Source: an uncultured Actinomycetota bacterium (lineage in GTDB: Bacteria > Actinomycetota > Actinomycetes > Propionibacteriales > Nocardioidaceae). From it: DNA of 64,000 nt. Each line of letters starts with the position of its first letter. The first letter of the stretch is position 1. Shown here in pieces: positions 1-9,770 of this stretch. The position numbers and the translations under genes are program-made. The notes under the pieces are model-generated. The model searched no databases, was not told the DNA's origin, and saw only the letters and a list, made by a program, of their open reading frames with translations. The stretch spans positions 88,691-152,690 of the forward strand of contig CAWGWW010000011.1 of assembly GCA_963826415.1 (NCBI GenBank), given 5' to 3'.

Positions 1-74
1 TGGCGGTGGCTCGCGGCTGACGCCGCCACCGGCAGCGGCGGCAGGCCAACCATTCGCCAACCGGGACTCCCTAG

Positions 75-90
75 CGTGAGCGTCATCACA
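75..90. promoter_or_regulatory. CRP/GlxR-like site upstream of cox operon
   Basis: CGTGA-gcgtca-TCACA resembles TGTGA-N6-TCACA and overlaps a TAGCGT -10-like hexamer (72-77). Confidence 0.45.
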
Positions 91-129
91 GGCCCGTCAC
101 ACGTCACGCACGTCCAGAGGGAGTCGAAC

Positions 130-600
130 ATGGCCCGGATCAACCTCACTGTCGACGGAGCCCAGGTCTCCGACGACGTCGAACCCCGGATGCTGCTCGT
201 GCAGTACCTCCGCGAACGTCTCGGCAAGACCGGCACGGTGATCGGCTGCGACACCAGCAACTGCGGGGCCTGCACCGTCCACCTCGACGGCACCAGCGTG
301 AAGTCCTGCAACGTCCTGGCCGTGCAGGCCGACGGCGCGGAGGTCACCACCATCGAGGGGCTCGCCAAGGACGGAGCGCTGCACCAGGTGCAGGAGTCGT
401 TCCGCGAGTGCCACGGCCTCCAGTGCGGCTTCTGCACGCCCGGGATGATCATGCAGAGCGTGGACCTGCTCAAGGAGAACCCGGACCCGTCCGAGCAGGA
501 GATCCGGCTCGGGCTCGAGGGCAACCTGTGCCGGTGCACCGGCTACCACAACATCGTGAAGGCCGTGCAGCACGCGGCAGCCGGGGGAGGTGCGTCGTGA
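130..600 (+). CDS. coxS: CO dehydrogenase/xanthine dehydrogenase family small (2Fe-2S) subunit
   Basis: [18 protein letters not shown] and NLCRCTGY motifs; ATG at 130 after GAGGGAG. Confidence 0.93.
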   Translation: MARINLTVDGAQVSDDVEPRMLLVQYLRERLGKTGTVIGCDTSNCGACTVHLDGTSVKSCNVLAVQADGAEVTTIEGLAKDGALHQVQESFRECHGLQCGFCTPGMIMQSVDLLKENPDPSEQEIRLGLEGNLCRCTGYHNIVKAVQHAAAGGGAS

Positions 601-3077
601 CCGCCACCCAGGAGCGCCCCGCCGAGGCTGCCAAGGAGATCGGCCGCGACCGGCGCCGCAAGGAGGACCAGCGGCTGATCACCGGTCGCACGCGCTGGAC
701 CGACAACATCCAGCTGCCCGGCATGCTGCACCTCGCGATGGTCCGCAGCCCGCACGCGCACGCCACGATCACCAACGTCGACAAGTCCGCCGCCGAGGCC
801 TCGGAGAACGTCGTCCTGGTGATCTCCGGCAAGGACGTCGCCGACGAGCAGGGCGGCCTGCCCAACGCCTGGCCGATCACGCCCGACCAGGTGACCCCCG
901 TACACCCGCCGATCGCCGTGGACCGGGCGACGTTCGCCGGCGAGATCGTCGCCGTGGTCGTGGCCCGCAGCGCCGCCGCCGCACGCGACGCGGCCGAGCT
1001 GGTCGACGTCGACTACGACCTGCTGCCGCCGGCGCTCGACCTGAAGGAGGCCGCCGAGGCGACTTCCGAGAACGGCGGTGCGCTCGCCCACCCCGAGCTC
1101 GGCACCAACAAGTCGGCGCTCTGGGTCTTCGACTCCGCGACCGCCGGCACCGGCGGCGACGTCGACCAGGCGATCGAGAAGGCCCGTGGGGACGGGATCG
1201 TGCTCGAGCGGGAGTACCGCCAGCAGCGTCTGATCCCGGCGTTCATGGAGCCGCGCTCGACCGTCGTGGACCCCACCGGTGAGCAGATCACGATGTGGTC
1301 GGCCACCCAGATCCCGCACATCCTGCGCTTCCTGCTCGCCGCCGTCACCGGCGTCAGCGAGTCCAAGATCCGGGTGATCGCCCCCGACGTGGGGGGTGGC
1401 TTCGGCGGCAAGCTGCAGACCACACCGGAGGAGTTCATCGTCTTCCTGCTGGCGCGCAGGCTCGGCAAGCCGGTCAAGTACACCGAGACCCGCTCCGAGT
1501 CGCTGATGGCGGCCCACCACGGCCGCGACCAGTGGCAGAAGCTGACCCTCTCCGCCGAGAAGGACGGCACGGTCACCGGCTTCAAGGTCGAGCTGCTCGC
1601 CGACCTCGGCTCGCACGTCTCGCTGATCGGTGGTGGCGTCCCGGTGCTCGGGGCGTTCATGTTCAACTCGATCTACAAGTTCCCGGCCTACCAGTTCAAC
1701 GTGCAGACGGTGCTGACCAACAAGACCTGGACCGATGCCTACCGCGGCGCCGGCCGCCCCGAGGCGACGTACGCGATCGAGCGGATCATGGACGAGCTGG
1801 CCGCCGAGGTCGGCGTGGACCCGCTCGAGATCCGGGAGAAGAACTGGATCACGAACACCGAGTTCCCGTTCACCAGCGTGGCCGGGCTGGAGTACGACTC
1901 CGGCAACTACGAGGCGGCCACGGCGCGCGCCAAGGAGATGTTCGGCTACGACGAGCTGCGCGCCGAGCAGAAGCGGCGCCGCGACTCCGGCGACCAGATC
2001 CAGCTCGGCATCGGGGTCTCGACGTTCACCGAGATGTGCGGGCTCGCGCCCTCGCGGGTGCTCGGCAGCCTGGACTACGGCGCCGGCGGCTGGGAGCACG
2101 CGAGCGTCCGGATGCTGCCCACCGGCAAGGTCGAGCTGCTGACCGGGGCCTCGGCCCACGGGCAGGGGCACGAGACGGCGTTCAGCCAGATCGTCGCCGA
2201 CCGGCTCGGGGTCGCCTTCGAGGACGTCGAGGTCCTGCACGGCGACACCGCGATCGCGCACAAGGGCATGGACACCTACGGCTCGCGCTCGTTGGTCGTC
2301 GGTGGTGAGGCCGTGGTCAAGGCGGCCGACAAGGTGATCGAGAAGGCCAAGGTGATCGCCGCGCACCTGCTCGAGGCGTCCGCCGACGACCTGGAGTTCT
2401 CCGGTGGCCGGTTCTCCGTCAAGGGCACCGACCAGGGGCTCGCGATGGGGGAGGTGGCCCTGGCGACGTTCGCGGCGCACAACCTCCCGGACGGCGTGGA
2501 GCCCTCACTGGACTCCGACGCGACGTACGACCCGGTGAACTTCAACTACCCGCACGGCACCCACCTGTGCGCGATGGAGGTGGACACCGAGACCGGCCAG
2601 GTGACGATGCGCAAGTACGCCGCCTGCGACGACATCGGCAACATCATCAACCCGCTGATCGTGTCGGGACAGGTGCACGGCGGGCTGGTCCAGGGGATCG
2701 CGCAGGCGCTGTGGGAGGAGGCGGTCTACGACGACGCCGGGACGCTGGTCTCGGGCTCGTTCGTCGACTACCTGCTGCCCACGTCGGCCGACACGATCAG
2801 CTTCGACCTCGACCACACCACCTCGCCGGCCACGTCCAACACCCTGGGCACCAAGGGCGTCGGTGAGGCCGGCACCATCGCCTCCACGCCGGCGGTGGTG
2901 AACGCCGTGGTCGACGCGATCCGGCACCTGGGGATCAACGACATCCGGATGCCCTGCACCCCGGAGCGCGTGTGGAAGGCGATCAACGACGCCCGCGGCG
3001 GCGGCACCGCCGAGACCGAGGGCGCGGCCGCACCGCACTTCGACGCCGCCGAAGGAACCGAAGGAGCAGCACAGTGA
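597..3077 (+). CDS. coxL: Molybdopterin-binding large subunit, form II CODH-like
   Basis: [28 protein letters not shown] and KGVGEAG motifs; GTGA overlap with coxS. Confidence 0.9.
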   Translation: MTATQERPAEAAKEIGRDRRRKEDQRLITGRTRWTDNIQLPGMLHLAMVRSPHAHATITNVDKSAAEASENVVLVISGKDVADEQGGLPNAWPITPDQVTPVHPPIAVDRATFAGEIVAVVVARSAAAARDAAELVDVDYDLLPPALDLKEAAEATSENGGALAHPELGTNKSALWVFDSATAGTGGDVDQAIEKARGDGIVLEREYRQQRLIPAFMEPRSTVVDPTGEQITMWSATQIPHILRFLLAAVTGVSESKIRVIAPDVGGGFGGKLQTTPEEFIVFLLARRLGKPVKYTETRSESLMAAHHGRDQWQKLTLSAEKDGTVTGFKVELLADLGSHVSLIGGGVPVLGAFMFNSIYKFPAYQFNVQTVLTNKTWTDAYRGAGRPEATYAIERIMDELAAEVGVDPLEIREKNWITNTEFPFTSVAGLEYDSGNYEAATARAKEMFGYDELRAEQKRRRDSGDQIQLGIGVSTFTEMCGLAPSRVLGSLDYGAGGWEHASVRMLPTGKVELLTGASAHGQGHETAFSQIVADRLGVAFEDVEVLHGDTAIAHKGMDTYGSRSLVVGGEAVVKAADKVIEKAKVIAAHLLEASADDLEFSGGRFSVKGTDQGLAMGEVALATFAAHNLPDGVEPSLDSDATYDPVNFNYPHGTHLCAMEVDTETGQVTMRKYAACDDIGNIINPLIVSGQVHGGLVQGIAQALWEEAVYDDAGTLVSGSFVDYLLPTSADTISFDLDHTTSPATSNTLGTKGVGEAGTIASTPAVVNAVVDAIRHLGINDIRMPCTPERVWKAINDARGGGTAETEGAAAPHFDAAEGTEGAAQ

Positions 3078-3928
3078 TCCCCACCCAGTTCGACTACGTG
3101 GCGCCCACCTCGGTCGAGGAGGCGCTCGCCGCCCTCGCCGAGCACGGTGACGAGGCCAAGATCATGGCCGGTGGGCAGAGCCTGCTGCCGGTGCTGCGGA
3201 TGCGGCTCAACGCCCCCGAGATGGTGATCGACCTGGGCCGGATCGACGCGCTGCGCGGGATCCGGGACGACGGCGATGCCATCGTGATCGGGGCGATGAC
3301 CCAGCACTCGGTGGTGGCCGCCGACCCCTTGGTCGCCGAGCACGCGGCCCTGATCGCCAAGGCGGTCGAGCACCTCGCCGATGCCCAGATCCGGCACCGG
3401 GGCACCTTCGGGGGAGCCCTGGCCCACGCCGACCCGGCCGGGGACCTCGGAGCGCCGGCGCTGGCGCTGGGGGCGCAGTTCGTGATCGCCGGGTCCGGCG
3501 GCACCCGCACGGTCGAGGCCGACGACTTCTTCGTCGACCTCTTCGAGACGGCCATCGGTGAGGACGAGATCCTCACCGAGATCCGGGTCCCGAAGCACAC
3601 CGGCTGGGGCGCCTGCTACGAGAAGTTCGTCCGCGTCGCGCACCAGTGGCCGATCGTGGCGGTGGCCGCCGCGGTCCGGCTCGACGGGCAGACGATCGCC
3701 GAGGCGAGGGTCGGGCTCACCAACATGGGCTCCACCCCGATCCGGGCCCGGGCCGTCGAGGCGGCGCTCGCCGGCCAGCCCGCCACCGAGGACGCGATCC
3801 GGCAGGCGGCCGCGAAGGCCACCGAGGGCACCAACCCGCCCTCGGACCTGAACGGCGACGCCGACTACCGGCGACACCTGGCGACCGTGCTCACCCGACG
3901 TGCGGTCGTCGCCGCGGCAGGAGTCTGA
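3074..3928 (+). CDS. coxM: FAD-binding medium subunit
   Basis: AGGQSLLP and QIRHRGTFGGALAHADP motifs; GTGA overlap. Confidence 0.92.
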   Translation: MIPTQFDYVAPTSVEEALAALAEHGDEAKIMAGGQSLLPVLRMRLNAPEMVIDLGRIDALRGIRDDGDAIVIGAMTQHSVVAADPLVAEHAALIAKAVEHLADAQIRHRGTFGGALAHADPAGDLGAPALALGAQFVIAGSGGTRTVEADDFFVDLFETAIGEDEILTEIRVPKHTGWGACYEKFVRVAHQWPIVAVAAAVRLDGQTIAEARVGLTNMGSTPIRARAVEAALAGQPATEDAIRQAAAKATEGTNPPSDLNGDADYRRHLATVLTRRAVVAAAGV

Positions 3929-3930
3929 GC

Positions 3931-4657
3931 GTGGACCTGACCCACCGCTTCACGGTGCCGACCGGGGTCGAGGAGACCTGGGCGCACTTCCAGGACGTCG
4001 CGTCGGTCGCGGAGTGCTTCCCCGGAGCCCAGGTGACGTCGGCCGAGGGGGACACCTTCCAGGGCTCCTGCAAGGTGAAGCTCGGGCCGATCGCACTGGT
4101 CTACAACGGCTCCGGCACCTTCGTGGAGAAGGACGAGGCGGCCCACCGGTTCGTGGTCGACGCGAAGGGCAAGGACAAGCGCGGCAACGGCACCGCCGGT
4201 GCGAAGGTGACGCTCTCGATGCAGGCCTCCGGCACCGGCACCGACGTGGAGGTGCTCACCGACCTCGCGATCACCGGCAAGCCGGCACAGTTCGGTCGCG
4301 GGGTGATGCAGGACGTCTCCGACAAGCTGCTCGGCCAGTTCGTCGACTGCCTGGAGGAGCGGCTCACCGGTGGGTCCGCTCCGGAAGCGGCAGCGGCTGA
4401 GACTCCGCCGCTCGGCGGCCGAGTCGACGCCGATCGCCGCCGAGGCGGCTGCGGCCGCCTCGGCACCGACACCGTCACCACCGGCTCCTGCGCCGTTGCA
4501 CCCGGCCGCCGTACCCCGCCCCCACGCCGCGGAGGACGACGCGCTCAACCTCGGGGCGACGGTGCTGCCGATCCTGCTGAAGAGCTACTGGAAGCAGGCA
4601 GCGTCCGCGGTCGCGGCCCTGCTCCTGGTGTGGTGGATCGCCCGACGGGGGCGGTGA
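3931..4657 (+). CDS. coxG: CoxG/SRPBCC protein with C-terminal membrane anchor (frameshift near 4410)
   Basis: VAECFPGA, KLGPI and AQFGRGVMQDVS; Ala/Pro linker and TM tail (AVAALLLVWWIARRGR) lie in the 4370..4657 frame. Confidence 0.8.
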
Positions 4658-4724
4658 CCGAAACCTCACCCGTCCTCGCGCGGCTGGGCAGCACCTCGGG
4701 CACCCGGGGCCCTAGTCTCCCAAC

Positions 4725-6473
4725 ATGAAGCGTCTGGTCGGTACCGTCCTGGGCCTGGCCGTCCTGGTCCTGGTGGCCTTCGTGCCGGCGGCGTTCTACG
4801 GGGTGGGCGCCGGCGACGAGTCGCCCGAGGTCACCACGATCACGAAGTACGTCGCCGACTTCACCCTCGACGACCAGGGCGACCTGCGCGCGGTGGAGAC
4901 CCTCACCGTCGACTTCCCGGTGTCCGGCCGGCACGGCATCTTCCGGTTCTTCGACACCGCCGACCAGAGCGCGCCGTACGCCCGCCGGGTGCCGCACGAC
5001 ATCAGCGTGACCATGGACGGCGGCGCGGAGCCGTTCGAGGTGCTCTCGGAGGGGCAGGGCCGCTACCGGGTCGCCAAGATCGGGTCGGCGGACGTCGTCG
5101 TCGAGCCGGGCAAGCACGTCTACCGCATCGAGTACGCGATCGACGGGGTCATCGAGCCCGGCTCGGACGGCGTGCGCAGCCAGTTCTTCTGGAACCTGAT
5201 CCCCGGTGGATGGCGGCAGCCGATCCGCCGCTCGGACCTGACCGTGCACCTCCCCGTCCCGGTCGAGCAGGTGCAGTGCGCCGTCGGTGTCGGCGCCACC
5301 TCGGGGTGCACCGCGAACGGCGTGGGAGGCACCGACCTGAACGTCACCACCGGCCGGCTCCCACCGAACACCCCGGTGACCATCAAGGCGCTCCTCGACA
5401 TGGCCACCCCGCCGGCCGGCGAGACCCGCCCGTGGACGATCCGCTACGACCCGGTGCTCGGCCCCGGCGTCCTCGTTCTCGGGCTGGTGCTGCTCCTGGC
5501 CGGGGCAGCCCTGGTCTACGGCAGCACCCTCGGCGCCCGCTCCCGCGAGCCCAAGCCGGCGTACCCGCTCATGTACGCCCCGCCGGACGGCATCGGACCC
5601 GCCCAGGCGAAGTACATCTTCACCGAGACCATCGACCGGGAGACGTACGTCGCGACGCTGCTGCACGCCGCGGAGCGCGGGGCGGTCGAGCTCGACGGGG
5701 GTGCCAACACCTGGCGGATCACCGACAAGGCCGGCGCCGCGGGCTGGGCCGGGCTCGACCCGGTCACGACGGGGGTCGCTCATCTGCTCGGCGGTCCGGG
5801 CAGCTCGTTCGTCGCCTCGCCCACGGACGTGGAGGCCGGCAAGCGGCTGCAGAAGGAGATCGCCTCGTTCGAGCGGTCCACCCGGTCCTGGGCCAGGGAG
5901 GCGGGTCTGATGACCCGCAGCGGACTCGGCAGCATCGGGGGCGTGGTGGTCATCGGTGCCTTCATCGCCTTCCTGGTGCTGGTCGTGTTCAACCCGCTGG
6001 GGATGAGCATGGTGGCGCTGGTCCCGGGTGCCTTCGGGCTCGGAGCCCTGTCGCTGCTGGCCCCCGGGTCCGGGACCCGACGCACGCACACCGGACGCGA
6101 GCTCTGGTCCCGGGTCGGCGGGTTCCACCGCATCCTGTCCACGCCGTCCGCGGAGCAGCGGTTCGAGTTCTCCGGCCGCCAGGAGCTGTACACCGCGTAC
6201 ATCCCGTGGGCGGTGGCGCTCGGCTGCGCCGACGAGTGGGCCGCGAAGTACCGCACGGAGATGGCGACCGAGCCTCCCGTGCCCTCCTATCTCGGCGGCT
6301 ACTACGCCGGCGCCCTGACCGGGGACGCCATCACCTCCATGGTCGACAGCTTCTCCTCGACCGTGGACAGCGCGATCTCCTCCTACCAGGCAACCCAGGC
6401 CTCGTCCTCCTCGGGCGGCGGAGGTTTCTCCGGCGGTGGCGGGGGCGGCGGGGGCGGTGGCGGCTCATGGTGA
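4725..6473 (+). CDS. DUF2207 membrane protein
   Basis: HGIFR, WNLIP, PWAVALG and Gly-rich GGGGGGSW C-terminus; next to lemA. Confidence 0.85.
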   Translation: MKRLVGTVLGLAVLVLVAFVPAAFYGVGAGDESPEVTTITKYVADFTLDDQGDLRAVETLTVDFPVSGRHGIFRFFDTADQSAPYARRVPHDISVTMDGGAEPFEVLSEGQGRYRVAKIGSADVVVEPGKHVYRIEYAIDGVIEPGSDGVRSQFFWNLIPGGWRQPIRRSDLTVHLPVPVEQVQCAVGVGATSGCTANGVGGTDLNVTTGRLPPNTPVTIKALLDMATPPAGETRPWTIRYDPVLGPGVLVLGLVLLLAGAALVYGSTLGARSREPKPAYPLMYAPPDGIGPAQAKYIFTETIDRETYVATLLHAAERGAVELDGGANTWRITDKAGAAGWAGLDPVTTGVAHLLGGPGSSFVASPTDVEAGKRLQKEIASFERSTRSWAREAGLMTRSGLGSIGGVVVIGAFIAFLVLVVFNPLGMSMVALVPGAFGLGALSLLAPGSGTRRTHTGRELWSRVGGFHRILSTPSAEQRFEFSGRQELYTAYIPWAVALGCADEWAAKYRTEMATEPPVPSYLGGYYAGALTGDAITSMVDSFSSTVDSAISSYQATQASSSSGGGGFSGGGGGGGGGGGSW

Positions 6474-6522
6474 GCCACGCCGCAGTACGACACACACACG
6501 TCAACGAATCGAGGAAGAACTC

Positions 6523-7083
6523 ATGGTGACCGCAATCGTGCTGGGCGTGGTGGTGCTGGGGCTGGTCGGCTTCTTCATCACCGGCTTCAACAAGCTCCGG
6601 ACCACTGACATCGCGGCCCAGGAGGCGCTGGCCGGCATCGACGTCCAGCTCACCCGCCGGGCCGACCTGATCCCCAACCTGGTCGAGACCGTCAAGGGGT
6701 ACGCCGGCCACGAGAAGGAGGTCTTCGAGGAGATCACCCGCGCCCGGGCCGGCGTCCAGGCAGCGGCCAAGGGCGACGACGTACCGGCGAAGGCTGCGGC
6801 CGACGCCGAGCTCCAGGGCGCGCTGATCAAGCTCAACGCCGTGGCCGAGGCCTACCCCGACCTCAAGGCGAACACGAACTTCCTGGAGCTGCAGAAGCAG
6901 CTGGCCGAGACCGAGAACCAGATCTCGTTCGCCCGCCAGTACTACAACGACGCCGTGGCGACGCTGAACAAGCTGACCCAGACGATCCCGTGGATGTTCC
7001 TCACCGGCATGGCCAACGTGCGGGCCCGCGACTTCTACGACGCCCCGGAAGGCCACCAGGACGTGCCGACGGTCAGCTTCTGA
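6523..7083 (+). CDS. lemA: LemA family protein
   Basis: IDVQLTRRADLIPNLVETVKGYA, EAYPDLKAN, RQYYND. Confidence 0.93.
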   Translation: MVTAIVLGVVVLGLVGFFITGFNKLRTTDIAAQEALAGIDVQLTRRADLIPNLVETVKGYAGHEKEVFEEITRARAGVQAAAKGDDVPAKAAADAELQGALIKLNAVAEAYPDLKANTNFLELQKQLAETENQISFARQYYNDAVATLNKLTQTIPWMFLTGMANVRARDFYDAPEGHQDVPTVSF

Positions 7084-7120
7084 CGGGCGGCGGCCCCGGT
7101 CCGCGTGACCGGGGTCGCAC

Positions 7121-7146
7121 GATTGACCGGGTGATCCGGGGGGTAC
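7121..7146 (+). promoter_or_regulatory. SigF/SigB-type promoter
   Basis: GATT-N16-GGGTAC, with an ATG 9 nt downstream at 7156. Confidence 0.6.
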
Positions 7147-7202
7147 ATGCCTGCCATGGCGAGCTCCCTGACTGACCCCCCGGCGGATCACCCGGTGCGG
7201 TC

Positions 7203-8195
7203 GTGCTGACCCCCAAGGCGCGTGGCGCCCTGAGCGAGGCGCTCTTCGAGGCGATGCGGACGAGCACGGGCGACGTGCCCCCGCTGTCGGTCGAACCGGA
7301 GAGCCCCGACGACGCCCAGATCGCCCTGTGGGCCCTCTACGAGCTGCACTACCGCGGCTTCGAGGACGTGGCAGATGCCCTCGAGTGGGACCCGGTCCTG
7401 CTTCGCGTCCGACAGCAGCTCGAGCGGGACCTCGAGGCCCGGCTGCAGGAGCGGTACCTGGCCCAAGCGTTGGTGCGCCCGGATGCCCAGGGTCCGTTCG
7501 CGGAGGCCTTCTTCGAGGCCGTGGCCGCACACGACGGCGCGTCCCTGGCCGAGCACGTCCACCGCCGGGCGACCGTGGACGAGGTCCTCGACCTGTTGCG
7601 GTGGCGCTCGATCTACCACCTCAAGGAGTCGGACCCGACCGCGTGGGTGGTCCCGCGGCTTCCGGTCGGCGTCAAGGCTGCGCTGATGGAGCTCCAGTTC
7701 GACGAGTACGGCTGCGGTGACCCGAACCGGCTGCACGCTCATCTCTTCGCGGTCGGGATGGAGGCCTGCGGCCTGCGTCCGGAGTACGGCGGCTACATCG
7801 ACGACGTACCCGTGGAAGTGCTGGAGCAGAACAACGCGATGTCGCTGCTCGGGCTGCACCGGCGTCTGCGGGGCGCGGCCCTCGGGCACCTGGCGGCGTT
7901 CGAGGCCACCAGCTCACTGCCCTCACGCCGGATGGCCCAGGGGCTGGCGCGGGTCGGGCTGGCCCAGGAGATGGTCGCCTACTACGAGGAGCACGTCGCC
8001 GCCGACGCGGTGCACGAACAGCTCGCGGTCCGCACGATCTGCGGGGCTCTGGTCGAGAACGAGCCGGCACTGGTCGACGACGTGTACTTCGGGGCGTTCA
8101 CGGCGCTCGACCTCGAGGACCGGCTGGCCCGGCGACTGCTCGGCCAGTGGGAGGCGGGCCGGCTGCCCCAGCCGGTGGCGGAGGACGTCGCATGA
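7203..8195 (+). CDS. Iron-containing redox enzyme (heme-oxygenase-like diiron oxidase family)
   Basis: HLKESDP, DEYGCG, AFEATS and YYEEHVAADAVHE His/Glu ligand motifs. Confidence 0.85.
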   Translation: MLTPKARGALSEALFEAMRTSTGDVPPLSVEPESPDDAQIALWALYELHYRGFEDVADALEWDPVLLRVRQQLERDLEARLQERYLAQALVRPDAQGPFAEAFFEAVAAHDGASLAEHVHRRATVDEVLDLLRWRSIYHLKESDPTAWVVPRLPVGVKAALMELQFDEYGCGDPNRLHAHLFAVGMEACGLRPEYGGYIDDVPVEVLEQNNAMSLLGLHRRLRGAALGHLAAFEATSSLPSRRMAQGLARVGLAQEMVAYYEEHVAADAVHEQLAVRTICGALVENEPALVDDVYFGAFTALDLEDRLARRLLGQWEAGRLPQPVAEDVA

Positions 8196-8404
8196 GCGAG
8201 GCTCGGGAGTTCGACCACCCCGACGTGGTGGTCTGCCCGGGCGGCCCGTTGCTGCTGCGCGGAGAGCACGTGGTCCAGGACCCGGACGGCGTGGTGCACC
8301 GGACGACCCGACCGGTGAGCGCGATGTGTCGGTGCGGGCGCTCTGCGGACCTGCCGTGGTGCGACGGCACCCACAAGGTGCTGCCCCCGGAGGCTCGGCC
8401 GTAG
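8192..8404 (+). CDS. CDGSH iron-sulfur domain protein
   Basis: CRCGRSADLPWCDGTH; ATGA overlap with the HDO gene. Confidence 0.9.
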   Translation: MSEAREFDHPDVVVCPGGPLLLRGEHVVQDPDGVVHRTTRPVSAMCRCGRSADLPWCDGTHKVLPPEARP

Positions 8405-8417
8405 AGATCCGACTCGG

Positions 8418-8966
8418 TCAGGCCTGAGAGCTGGCGGCGTCCAGCGCAGAGCGCACCCGGCCCGTCACCAGGTCTGCATCCAGCCCCCCGTCCGTGGCGA
8501 CGCGGATCAAGGTGCCGACGCCCAAGGGGCCGCGAAACGTTGCCCGCATGCGTTGAACCCACTCCTCGATCTCCCGCGGTGATCGGTGCGGGTCGTGGTG
8601 TCCGGGGTGGCGGTTCCGCGACTCGAATCTCAGCGCCGCCACGTCCCCTGGGCAGTCACAGAAGACTTCGACCACCGACGAGGTGATGCCGCGCAACCTT
8701 GGCGGTGACGAATCGTGGTCCCACCAGTTGACGAGGATCGCTTCCGGTGCCGCCGCGGCAAGGGTGTAGAGCACCTCGTCACTCGCTCGGCTGAGCCGGG
8801 AGCGCTGAGTCCTGTCCGGGCAGCCCAGGCTGTCGAAGAGGGCCTCGAGGATCGCGTCCTTGTCGATCAGCGGCATCGACAGTCGTTCGCTGAGGAGCCT
8901 GCCGACCGTTGACTTCCCGCTCGCCGGGAGACCCGACACCACCACGAGGCGCGACTTCACGGTCAC
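8418..8966 (-). CDS. P-loop kinase / AAA_33-like protein
   Basis: Walker A GLPASGKST at the N-terminus; PLIDKD. Confidence 0.75.
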   Translation of the reverse strand: MTVKSRLVVVSGLPASGKSTVGRLLSERLSMPLIDKDAILEALFDSLGCPDRTQRSRLSRASDEVLYTLAAAAPEAILVNWWDHDSSPPRLRGITSSVVEVFCDCPGDVAALRFESRNRHPGHHDPHRSPREIEEWVQRMRATFRGPLGVGTLIRVATDGGLDADLVTGRVRSALDAASSQA

Positions 8967-9040
8967 ATCGTGGCAGTACGCGCGGCACCGGCAAACAACC
9001 CCGCCGGTGCGCCAGCGATGCCCCCGACAGGGTTGTGGAC

Positions 9041-9706
9041 CTAGAGCCCGAGCGCGTCGACATCGGTGCGCTCGACGCGGACCACGACTCCGCGCTCGCC
9101 GTCGCGCACCTCCCGGACCGCGAGCACCAGGTCGCCCGCGAGCTCGTCCTCGATCCGGGCGACCTGCGTCCGGTTGCCCAGCTGCACCAGCGCCGACCCG
9201 CCGGGCAGCAGGTGCCGCGCCGCGACGTCGAGACAGGCGCGGGCCACGTCGAGCCCGTCCGCGCCACCGTCGATGGCCAGCAGGGGGTCCTCGGGGTAGG
9301 TCCCGACGTCGGCCCGCCGCACCCAGGGAGGGTCGGCGATCACCAGCGGGAACCGTTCCTCCGGTCGCACGGCGCTCTCGAGCCGGCCGGTGCGCACCTC
9401 CACCCGGGACGCGACGCCGGCAGCCTCGGCATTGCGCCGGGTGAAGTCGCCGGCAACCGGGTCCAGGTCCACGCAGACCAGCTCCCGTCCGGTGTGCAGC
9501 ACTGCGAGCAGGCCGATCTGCCCTGCCCCCGAGCAGAGCTCCAGGACCGGCCCGCCGGGCGCCGTCGACAAGAGCTCAGCGGCCCAGTGCGACTGGTCCG
9601 CGGTCCACGGCCGCGGCCGCAGCACCCGCTCGTCGTACGCGATCGTGAGCTCGCCGAAGGCCATCGTCTGCACGTCGGTCGCGTCTGCTTCGAGGGGGAG
9701 CGTCAT
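9041..9706 (-). CDS. HemK/PrmC-like SAM-dependent methyltransferase
   Basis: VLRPRPWT, VLELCSGAG, DPPW and DGGADGLD; this is the C-terminal part of the listed 9041..12268 ORF, with its own ATG at 9706. Confidence 0.82.
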   Translation of the reverse strand: MTLPLEADATDVQTMAFGELTIAYDERVLRPRPWTADQSHWAAELLSTAPGGPVLELCSGAGQIGLLAVLHTGRELVCVDLDPVAGDFTRRNAEAAGVASRVEVRTGRLESAVRPEERFPLVIADPPWVRRADVGTYPEDPLLAIDGGADGLDVARACLDVAARHLLPGGSALVQLGNRTQVARIEDELAGDLVLAVREVRDGERGVVVRVERTDVDALGL

Positions 9707-9715
9707 GGCAGGGCG

Positions 9716-9741
9716 ATACCCGTTCACGAACGACCGGAAAC
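9716..9741 (-). promoter_or_regulatory. SigF/SigB-type promoter of the methyltransferase
   Basis: Minus strand GTTT-N16-GGGTAT, 9 nt before the ATG. Confidence 0.72.
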
Positions 9742-9770
9742 GGGCGGTCGCCGAGCGTCGGCCAGGGCGC

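Noticed and set aside
597-3077. True form I CO dehydrogenase
   Set aside because: Has AYRGAGR, not AYXCSFR, and no coxDEF follows
4400-4420. Programmed ribosomal frameshift in coxG
   Set aside because: No slippery heptamer seen; similar indels occur in unrelated genes
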